A stretch of DNA of 64,000 bases, from the IMG/VR virus record IMGVR_UViG_3300009703_004110, positions 62,001 through 126,000 of that record, one strand, 5' to 3'. This document shows positions 57,001 through 64,000 of the stretch, piece after piece. The notes beneath the pieces are model-generated. The model saw nothing but the letters and a program-made list of their open reading frames with translations. It did no database searches and was not told where the DNA came from. A program made the position numbers and the translations under genes. The first letter of the stretch is position 1; every line of letters begins with the position of its first letter.

Positions 57001-60000
57001 ACCCTTGGCAACGTCTGTAATATATTCACCACTTGCATATATAGAGCCACTGGGAAGACTTAGATCAAGTCTTGATATTTCAATGACATCTGACTCAGTT
57101 GAGTTCGCAATGATCTTGGTATTGGAAAAACTTGATGAGCCCACAGTTCTGAGAGTTAGATTAAAATCGCCCTGCTTAGATATGATTGATGCAGGATTAT
57201 ATAGAGTATAGTTTGCAGTATCACTAGGATCAACAACTATAGCTCCAGACCCTGCAACTTTAAAGAGGCTGTTTAAAACTTCGGCACCACTAGTCTCATT
57301 AACAATCGAACTAGTTTCGCCAGGTATCTCAGTAGAAAGGGTTAACTCTTGAGTCTTACTGTCTATATCAAAAGAATCAGATGTTACTTCTCCGGTTACA
57401 GTTCCGTATGCTATACCAGAATCGTAAGTAACATTATATCTTTTATCATTTCTTTCGACTTTAAAGTCTAAAAAGCCTTCGTCATTGCTGTTTACATTTC
57501 TAAAGACAGCGGTTACTTCTTTTCCGTTTTCTCGCACCTCTATTGGAGCGTGAAGCTTACTCTTAATACTCTTGTCTCCGAGAAAGAAATCGTGTCTCTT
57601 TCTCATAAATGGCATATCAGATCCTGCAAAGACTACTGCCAGTTTTGGTATAGTTTTAAAGACACTTATGTTTCCAGGGTCGGGCTTTTTACCGAATATA
57701 TCTATCAGGTCCGTATCGCTTGCACCAATCTCTGCCATAGATATAACTTTACCACCAGGCACCTCTGCGATAACCTGAGTAATAGATGCCGGATTTATAA
57801 AAGTCGGAGGAGAGCTTTTGTCAGGATCTGTTGAGGTGTTCCCGCCAAGAGTAAGGATGTTGTGTTGTGTTGAATCTAGAGTCAGTTCTGTTGCAGAACC
57901 AGCTATATCTTTAATAGTGCTATTTGTAAATAGAATATGCGCTTCTTTTACTTCAGTCAGTCTTGAAAAATTATATCCCTTGTAGCCCTTCCCTGGAAAA
58001 CGAATGGCGGCCTTTCGCTTTGTCAACTTATAAAAATCTTCAACCGGTGATTCACTAAATTCAAACTCAACGCCCGCTGCCACTATAAGATCTCCGAAGG
58101 TTCTTATGTCGAATTCAAACTCTTTCATGATTTCTTCGTCATCTTTGCCTAACGCTAGATAAGCAAAGAGAGGATAATTTCCTGAAAACAGTTTGGACTT
58201 TGATCTTATTTTTATTTCAGCATTTAAACCGTCACTCAATAATGGAATTCCGTCCGGATTCTCAGAGAAAGACGCGGAACTAAATTCTGTATCAGATTCA
58301 AATTCGATGATCAGATCTGGATGAGGCGGAGCCAAAGCAGGTGTTCCAATGTATATTGGAAGCTTGTTACTCTTACCGCCCGAAACGTTCAAAACTTGAA
58401 GATCATACGTAGCTTCAAACTCTGCAGACAAATCGCTATAAGCATCGGGGCCGAGTTTGAATTGTATAATAGAGGAAGATGCTGAGATTTCAAAGTCCTC
58501 ATAGTCTACTGAATTCACACTCACAACATTGCCACTTCCAGAAGTAAAAATGAGTTCAAAGACTCCATTTAAATCTTCGCCACCAATTCGAATTGAATCT
58601 TCTGCGGTGATAATACTACTACCCGCAAAACCATTAGGTGAGATTGACTCAATTGATGGCGATGGTGCTCCAAGGACTATATTTGATCCAGGGACTCTAG
58701 CGATCTGAGTACCATTTCCGACATACAGAGCGAAGTCTGTGCTGCCTGCATCTGCACTTTGCTTTATCTTAGCCATATCACCTGCGGTGAAAGTTATAAT
58801 TGTACCGTCGCTACTAGGCGTACCTTTAACCCAAGACTCTGGAACATCCTCATAAAACCTTGGACGAGTCTGAGCGAATAATTCTCTGGCCATAGTCATT
58901 TTTGGGTTGCCGTACTTACGATTATTTCGCCTATTGGATTTATCTTTAGTACGATTTGCCAAAAGTATCTCTGGCCTATTCTGCTCTCCGTATATAGATG
59001 CCAAATCTGTTTCTGAATCTAACGAGATCTTGCCATACTTACCATCAAAACCGTCGATTGCTAAAATCGCTTCGTTTTCAGTTAGATGATTAGAAAGTGT
59101 GGCGGCATCAAAATCTTCTATACTTTCATAGTTAAATACACCGAAAGGAGAATTGGAATTCAGTTTACTTGATACAGGTTTCGTTAGCATCGGAATAGTA
59201 GTTAGCTCTATACCATTATTAAATACCTTAACCCCTCTAACACTAGGCTTTGACTTGGCAACTATTAAGGATAGATATGCAGAACTAATATCAGACTCAG
59301 TATCTAATTCAATCTCTATAGTCCCTGTAACTGGAAATACTGCATCGTATCCTGCCACTGTTGCTGCTGGTGGAGTAGATATATCAGAAACAGTAATTCT
59401 TGTTAAAGTAGCACCATTCAAAATTTCAAAATATAGGGAGCGTTCTTCGTCTTCACTATAGAGATCAGAATCAAATCCAGCAGAGTCCCTTCCGGTTAGA
59501 TCAGGTACCTTGAGGTACGCCGTATCGTCAACTATCGTATAATATCCGCCGACGGAAGGCTTGCCCCTCTTTTTAACAATCTCATTTTCGCTAATATTAT
59601 AAAACGGTAGGAGGTCTATAGCGGCACTAATTGCCAGATCATCACTACTTAGATCTGCAAAATCTCCAAACTTCAAGCCCGAGGCTCCAAAGATTGGTGC
59701 ATCAGAAGTACCAAATGCATCAGAGTTTTCTAAGTTAAAAAAGTGTAGACCAATCGCCTCTAAAACCTCAACAGGTATAAACTTTAATTGACAGATCTTA
59801 TTCACAGCTGCATTGGCAGTATTAGATTTCAGCGAACTATCATCACCAATAAAGGTTGAGATAAATACTTCCGGGAAATCATCAAGAGATGCGTGCTTAC
59901 CGACATCAAAGATTATAGAATTCACTAAAATTCTAGCCTGAGTTAGACCTTCTATATTTGAATCAAAAGAGCTTGAGCTAAGTTCGTCAGCTAGCTTTGT

Positions 60001-60228
60001 TAGTAGAGCTATAGCTTGATCGTCTACTGTAGTAGGAAGAGAAGAGAAGTCTATAGTAACAACGGCGCCACCAGCTATAGGAAGTGTTGCTCCGGAGCCA
60101 ACTGGAAACACAACGCTATATGATTCAGAAGCAGAATTACTACCTACCTCTTCATCACAATTTATTTGAACCTCTTCACCGCATTGTTCGGGCAGTTGAG
60201 GGGTAATACTTCCGTCTAAAACACCCAT
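54058..60228 (-). CDS. 2056-aa virion protein with IPT/Ig-like segments and a hydrophobic Cys-containing helical region
   Basis: PSIESISP..G (IPT/TIG-like); hydrophobic tract at 55958-56385; follows the spike gene. Confidence 0.55.
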   Translation of the reverse strand: MGVLDGSITPQLPEQCGEEVQINCDEEVGSNSASESYSVVFPVGSGATLPIAGGAVVTIDFSSLPTTVDDQAIALLTKLADELSSSSFDSNIEGLTQARILVNSIIFDVGKHASLDDFPEVFISTFIGDDSSLKSNTANAAVNKICQLKFIPVEVLEAIGLHFFNLENSDAFGTSDAPIFGASGLKFGDFADLSSDDLAISAAIDLLPFYNISENEIVKKRGKPSVGGYYTIVDDTAYLKVPDLTGRDSAGFDSDLYSEDEERSLYFEILNGATLTRITVSDISTPPAATVAGYDAVFPVTGTIEIELDTESDISSAYLSLIVAKSKPSVRGVKVFNNGIELTTIPMLTKPVSSKLNSNSPFGVFNYESIEDFDAATLSNHLTENEAILAIDGFDGKYGKISLDSETDLASIYGEQNRPEILLANRTKDKSNRRNNRKYGNPKMTMARELFAQTRPRFYEDVPESWVKGTPSSDGTIITFTAGDMAKIKQSADAGSTDFALYVGNGTQIARVPGSNIVLGAPSPSIESISPNGFAGSSIITAEDSIRIGGEDLNGVFELIFTSGSGNVVSVNSVDYEDFEISASSSIIQFKLGPDAYSDLSAEFEATYDLQVLNVSGGKSNKLPIYIGTPALAPPHPDLIIEFESDTEFSSASFSENPDGIPLLSDGLNAEIKIRSKSKLFSGNYPLFAYLALGKDDEEIMKEFEFDIRTFGDLIVAAGVEFEFSESPVEDFYKLTKRKAAIRFPGKGYKGYNFSRLTEVKEAHILFTNSTIKDIAGSATELTLDSTQHNILTLGGNTSTDPDKSSPPTFINPASITQVIAEVPGGKVISMAEIGASDTDLIDIFGKKPDPGNISVFKTIPKLAVVFAGSDMPFMRKRHDFFLGDKSIKSKLHAPIEVRENGKEVTAVFRNVNSNDEGFLDFKVERNDKRYNVTYDSGIAYGTVTGEVTSDSFDIDSKTQELTLSTEIPGETSSIVNETSGAEVLNSLFKVAGSGAIVVDPSDTANYTLYNPASIISKQGDFNLTLRTVGSSSFSNTKIIANSTESDVIEISRLDLSLPSGSIYASGEYITDVAKGGDIASATKALVFGRAGIVNPVSLGFNIPRIVGIATSMAGLEPPTLPDQIAANAGDTIFFRVENVKKNFSIKLGSSVVKAVAPVKVASKTATYDVQATIPSTLSGFIPTDDCLVLCASGTNSDRLKAKKILGSSFVIDIEEKMKERLFGKFNGKIPDVQDLKDILARFPLKFLSVELDTSMVPLELINSFCDLSWHLMADLKLALNGFQVLMIPIQVIFCIIDVLCALLNPIKTAKAMIRLFECVFDLVLLIPQISVPVMYLKLILHLLNLLECIINKILGIILAINAIVPAMKAALENKDWASLKALEEVLSEYLFDLNVDLDILAPVIAILAIFLQLLQLVFRFPCQVTPGEAEAACGLDGTLLAGIISGKAVDDGNAFTAGAMIPVGQAYTKDSIETAAASGGSTITQPVSGQIVAQFISAENSDDEESPGGYIESMKLNEDTLRATNDVDLGFLAQFGISFTKSRKAFKTPNAVEFLFSEKYDPITFFIPSKIIDPDQSADSPLSLMDEDGSGNIEIASGKGNFVSPIDGSTFITKDGDFGTVKPLELRLEVPIYEVNDETGDVEVVGMESKLRTFDEIPKMVILDEEFNVYFIEKGGIEFDSDDKVSKIRALMINNISAPKLKFSKESQPLDIDPDDGDINEDDVEIRVYDFPQLYFLDMRECHEEIQQACYNASMNSFLLEEDNTEEIIDIVEETQDCLEEFQNTVRGFADTMRASLNAGEIPDLIDSSLFDTAVATMEECLNDGVDKMCRFALNTLNTSFKVAEDDDDTPLDEFVVVEVDSDELEELGFEEDPRDITGSNEYAEGDGDSAILGLGEKATIIVTPRDSSDLPLGGDFTERIILEIVSDDTGDAEIIENENGTFFEQDGDDYIAFVTANSVGEVRLRAKVCDRTIQAVTFAGLEGTDGSSDSEVDCIEDVGTEETESSPSLGALTKVDRIISVFFIKKSTVKLGSGDDPGTVAHTDPQAFGTKLEN

Positions 60229-62580
60229 TTACCTTCCTTCTGACTTAAGAGTTTTCATCCTTCCGGACGCATCTACCATCTTGACATCTTGGCCTTTTAA
60301 TATTACATCTGATCCAGCGCTCTCTATTAGTATTTTATCTTGATTCCTAATAACCATCGGCAAGCCTGGCTTCATTCCTGCAATTACTATACCGTTTTCA
60401 CTAAGAGAAATCATGATGTCTGAAGCCCCAAGTGGATTAGAACCTGACTCAGTATTGTCACTATCTTCAGAATTAAACTCTGAATTAACAAATTGTTTAT
60501 CTGTTATATTAACTCTTAATTCAAATCGACCAATGTTCATTACTTTGTCTTCCGGATTTGGTCCGCTACCAGAATACGATCCTCCTATGTTTAATAGAAC
60601 ATCTCCGTCCGTTTGGGTCACCATGCTTCTGCCGGCCTTATCAGCACCAAACCATGAGATTACGCTGCCCTCTGTATCCATCATTAGGCTTTTGCCATCA
60701 ACATCATCTCTACCGATAGAACTATAGATAGCTCCACCAAAGTTGAGATTTGCGCTGACGCCGCCTACAGATATTAATTCTTTACCACTAGCGTCTGTGG
60801 TTGTTGCTGAAAACCCGGTACCTTCTTGCTCCAGTTTAAAAGAATTAGAGCATGGTGTAATCTTCTTGTCATAATACACACCACTAACCAGCACATCACC
60901 ACCGGTATATATCGCTGATGTTGCTGGAGCAACAGCAACAACTGACATAAAAATTGGAAATGGATCGTCTGACCCTCCGAGCAATGTGCCGACCGATTGG
61001 TCTTCATCCTCTTCATAGAATGCTTCTGGATATAAAATTTCAAATGGTTTACCAGATGCATTGCCACCGGGAAGTCCATTGTCATCAACAAATAGCGCTG
61101 GAATATTTACAAGGTCAACTGTATTAGCTATAAGCCTTTCTGCTGCAGAATACATGTTGTGATACTTTGTTGGGTTTATTCTTACAATCTGCTTAATACT
61201 TCCATCGTCCGTTCCGGATGGAAAATAAGGATTGTCATCTGTATTACTGAATCTAATTCCAGTACTTCTACTTTCTATACCCTGAGATAGGGCGTTCGGC
61301 AAAACAATCTCACCAAGATCGTCTCTAAGCATTACAGGTATAGGCTCTTCTTCGCTAGGCAGAGCATAAGATACTGTTGGAAAGCCGCCACCAAAACTTG
61401 CTTTTGACGCAAAAGGATAGTTGCCTGTACTGGACGACCTTGGCACATTTACTTTAAGCACGCCCTCTTTGTCAATATCAAATACAAAGTTCGATCCAAA
61501 ACTATTACTCTCTGTACTAGAGCTGGCAGTGGATAACTGAAAGTGATAACCTATACCTCGTCTGCTGATACGTTTTGCATTTTCAATTTTCTTCGCAGTA
61601 AGAGCTAAAGGTATTTTATTTCCAGGTCTTCCATAAGAAAGCTGATTATAATTAAGATCTAATATTTTTCCTGTAACACTTACAACGTTACCGCCGATAA
61701 TTTCAATTAATTCTCCTGGTGATATATCAAGAGTATTCCCTCGTTCAAAAAATTTACTATCCAATCCCGTTGCTGAATATGGGCCTGCTAAACCTGAATT
61801 CTTTTTGCTTTCGAAGTCGAATCCAGAAAAATTAGAGTCTACGGAAAATTCTGTAATAACAGTTCGGTGCTCCGCCAGCGCCATATTCCTCTTCTTTCTT
61901 CCATAATTTCGGCGGAACACCTTAGTTCCAGAGAAAAAGCCAAGCTCTACTGCCCTCTTGTGGTATTCAACATCGGAACGAATTGGAGCTTCACCAACGT
62001 CTTTAGTTGGAAAAACATTGCTCTGAACTGCAGTAGTACGAAGAACTGCACCAGAGATTCCTTTTCCAGAATTAGAATATATAGTCTGGTCTTCTGCCAC
62101 CAGATAATGCGCCATCTTAAGTCTATTGCCCTTAAAAAAGCTACCATGATTGCTAATCGTTGAGACGTGAATATCTCCGGTTTCAAACATGGAGACACCA
62201 TTGCCTCGACCACCTCTTATAACAATGCGCCCATTTTGCATCTTAGGATAAGGAAGAGTTCCGCCAGGAATGTTTTTCATTCTTCCTGCGCCTCTAAAGT
62301 TATCACCTATTCGTCTCTTGCTAGGTATGGTTCCAACAATTACTGTATATTCCGGACCAGATCCAGACGTATCTGCTGCAATAACTCGTGAACCACGTTC
62401 GAGACCATGAAAGATACCAGCGTTTCCGCTTCCCGCATGATATGGCAACGGTACATCTGGAATCATATCTTCCAGCCCAAATGATAACGGGCTTAAAGTA
62501 CAGGTACCATTTTCGTAGTCGACCTTCTCGACGATGGCTTCATAAATAAATTCTGAAAATGGTGTACGTAATTGACTCAT
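60229..62580 (-). CDS. gp5/VgrG-like central spike protein
   Basis: N-terminal OB-fold-like segment (AIVEKVDYENGTCT...DVPLP...G..HGLERGSRV); beta-strand-rich C-terminus; located after the hub gene. Confidence 0.55.
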   Translation of the reverse strand: MSQLRTPFSEFIYEAIVEKVDYENGTCTLSPLSFGLEDMIPDVPLPYHAGSGNAGIFHGLERGSRVIAADTSGSGPEYTVIVGTIPSKRRIGDNFRGAGRMKNIPGGTLPYPKMQNGRIVIRGGRGNGVSMFETGDIHVSTISNHGSFFKGNRLKMAHYLVAEDQTIYSNSGKGISGAVLRTTAVQSNVFPTKDVGEAPIRSDVEYHKRAVELGFFSGTKVFRRNYGRKKRNMALAEHRTVITEFSVDSNFSGFDFESKKNSGLAGPYSATGLDSKFFERGNTLDISPGELIEIIGGNVVSVTGKILDLNYNQLSYGRPGNKIPLALTAKKIENAKRISRRGIGYHFQLSTASSSTESNSFGSNFVFDIDKEGVLKVNVPRSSSTGNYPFASKASFGGGFPTVSYALPSEEEPIPVMLRDDLGEIVLPNALSQGIESRSTGIRFSNTDDNPYFPSGTDDGSIKQIVRINPTKYHNMYSAAERLIANTVDLVNIPALFVDDNGLPGGNASGKPFEILYPEAFYEEDEDQSVGTLLGGSDDPFPIFMSVVAVAPATSAIYTGGDVLVSGVYYDKKITPCSNSFKLEQEGTGFSATTTDASGKELISVGGVSANLNFGGAIYSSIGRDDVDGKSLMMDTEGSVISWFGADKAGRSMVTQTDGDVLLNIGGSYSGSGPNPEDKVMNIGRFELRVNITDKQFVNSEFNSEDSDNTESGSNPLGASDIMISLSENGIVIAGMKPGLPMVIRNQDKILIESAGSDVILKGQDVKMVDASGRMKTLKSEGR

Positions 62581-62589
62581 TTATCACCT

Positions 62590-64000
62590 TTAATTGCCTA
62601 GACCGCTAGCACTAATTTCTCCGCCGCCGATGGCAATCCCACCTTCTCCAGGATCTTCTTCAAGCCCTCTAGTTAAATCAATTATACCAACTTCTACAAC
62701 TTTAAAAAGCTTGGTAAAATCATCTCTAAAGTCTAACCAAGTTTTTTGTTTTGGTCCGCCTTTTGGATATGCCGGAGAATCGACCGACGCTAAGATTTCT
62801 TTATCCAAACACTTTATTTCAAATTCAGCCGAGCCTTCTAGTATGGACACCTGCTGCACAATGGCGTCAGCGGGCACAGGAGCTGCCTGGAGGCCGTTTG
62901 GCAATACCAGGCTGGTGAGGCCCTTCTCGGAGCCTGTATCCAGCCCTAGCAGGTTGGAGGCCGACAAATCGATACTATCGGATAGGCCGGTCGTTTCAAA
63001 TTGCGTAATCATCTGAGGGTTCTGCAACAACTCCTTTATTATGTTCATATTATTTTCGACTTCTGAACGGTGTATGTCATCTCTCTGCTTAACAAAGCCA
63101 CGTATTAATACCTTCTTATTACCAAGCAACAAAGTATTTAGCTCAATCATCATATTTGCAAAGCGAACCATATTGTCTTGATGATCCAAGAGGACATCTA
63201 TATTGTCTGTAGTAATCTCTTTATTATTCGGGAATAGAATAGCGCAATCTGGACGCAGCTCTCTGTATTTATCGTCTCCATCTGAATTTCTATACGTTGT
63301 AATCTGTCTATCAAATGGGTCCTTTGTTAGTTGCTGACCTATAACATCCAATGGGCTTGGCAGATACACACCTGGAGGATGACCATTGTTTAAAGTTAAC
63401 TGTGTAGTAAAGCTTTGGCCGGCAAAATCAAAAGAGTGATTGACTGAAGTTACATAATACAGGAGGCCTTTTCCTCGAACAAAGACTACGTCTCCAGGTT
63501 CATAATACTCATTACCAACTACGGTTATACTGGCTTGTTGAATCTTTGTTCTCTGTATTTGAAGTTCCATTATGGCAAACGGTCTAGACTGAAGATCTGC
63601 ATTGCTTGCAAACGGAAGATCAATCTTACTTGGTTTATAGCCATACTGTCTCCACATATCAAAGTCTGTTGCACCGGCCCAATAATATGTATTTTCAAAA
63701 CTCTGCTGAAGATTTTCTAGTAGCGGAGCATTACCAACTACATCAACTCTAGTAAATTCTGGAGGCATTTCATTAAATGTGCAGGTTATAATATCATGGT
63801 CTTCAATAACAAAGCGCCTTCCTGAGCCAGGACCTTTAAGATTCTTAGAGTCATCGGAAACTAAGTGGTCTAAGAGATTGCCTTTAGTGGAGTCACCTGT
63901 AATAATATCCTTTGCGGTTGATATGGTGTTACTTGCATTTGTCAAGAATTCTTCAGCGCCAGCCAGTGGGCCTGTAGCTTCTGTATCTTCTGCTGTAAAT
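62590..64000 (-). CDS. Baseplate hub (T4 gp27 / Mu gp44 / P2 gpD-like), 5'-truncated by window edge
   Basis: ASITVVGN.YYEPGD.V....LLYYVTSV.HSFD....FTT.L.L..G; the frame stays open from the track's TTG (63945) to the window end. Confidence 0.65.
   Translation of the reverse strand, partial: FTAEDTEATGPLAGAEEFLTNASNTISTAKDIITGDSTKGNLLDHLVSDDSKNLKGPGSGRRFVIEDHDIITCTFNEMPPEFTRVDVVGNAPLLENLQQSFENTYYWAGATDFDMWRQYGYKPSKIDLPFASNADLQSRPFAIMELQIQRTKIQQASITVVGNEYYEPGDVVFVRGKGLLYYVTSVNHSFDFAGQSFTTQLTLNNGHPPGVYLPSPLDVIGQQLTKDPFDRQITTYRNSDGDDKYRELRPDCAILFPNNKEITTDNIDVLLDHQDNMVRFANMMIELNTLLLGNKKVLIRGFVKQRDDIHRSEVENNMNIIKELLQNPQMITQFETTGLSDSIDLSASNLLGLDTGSEKGLTSLVLPNGLQAAPVPADAIVQQVSILEGSAEFEIKCLDKEILASVDSPAYPKGGPKQKTWLDFRDDFTKLFKVVEVGIIDLTRGLEEDPGEGGIAIGGGEISASGLGN

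Larger units (their letters stand above)
33512..64000 (-). other. Jumbo myophage baseplate/tail-tip module
   Basis: Hub - spike - gp25 - J - wedge order typical of contractile tails, with greatly enlarged proteins and homing endonucleases. Confidence 0.8.

Noticed and set aside
33756-62391. Many plus-strand ORFs of 60-250 aa (e.g. 56468-57211, 41409-41909, 54521-54976)
   Set aside because: They are Ser/Ile/Leu-rich antisense shadows of Asp/Glu-rich minus-strand genes, with no motifs or SD sites.
1-64000. Stop-codon reassignment, as in some jumbo phages
   Set aside because: TAA, TAG and TGA all end genes at points coupled to the next start; coding density is near complete under code 11.
1-64000. 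Bacterial capsule/LPS locus beside an eCIS or prophage
   Set aside because: No export or polymerase membrane proteins, no housekeeping genes, very large baseplate proteins and several free-standing homing endonucleases favour a jumbo phage. This is not fully excluded without flanks.
1-64000. tRNA, rRNA, CRISPR arrays, intrinsic terminators
   Set aside because: No cloverleaf, regularly spaced repeat or GC hairpin plus U-tract was recognised in the few intergenic gaps; not computationally excluded.

Overview
This window is a densely packed segment of a large, AT-rich prokaryotic virus genome, most likely a jumbo myophage. It uses the standard code 11, has Shine-Dalgarno sites and 1-20 nt gene overlaps, and lies almost entirely on the minus strand. 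In transcription order (right to left) there are two modules. (1) A contractile-tail baseplate module (33.5-64 kb): hub (partial), gp5/VgrG-like spike, 2056-aa and 576-aa unknowns, gp25-like, a 1104-aa baseplate-J-like protein, a 3215-aa LamG-containing wedge protein and a 1516-aa protein with a dockerin-like pair of loops. (2) A ~32-kb glycan-synthesis island of about 37 genes (1-32.3 kb, running off the left edge). The island encodes GDP-deoxyhexose enzymes (eukaryote-type PMM, Gmd, ColD-like, Fcl/ColC-like), CMP-Kdo enzymes (KdsD, KdsA, KdsB), CMP-nonulosonate enzymes (NeuB, NeuA, small HAD), about 17 glycosyltransferase-like domains, methyltransferases and two Fe(II)/2OG oxygenases. The transferases include five KpsS/KpsC-like paralogues, GT10, a NodZ/GT23-like enzyme, four GT4s, and a eukaryote-type GT29 sialyltransferase-like ORF at the left edge that the ORF track missed. 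Free-standing HNH and LAGLIDADG endonuclease genes are interspersed. The best candidate for an undescribed system is a virus-encoded, largely self-sufficient glycosylation machinery using acidic and deoxy sugars, placed directly behind the virion baseplate genes. All family calls come from motif recognition by eye; no database search was run.
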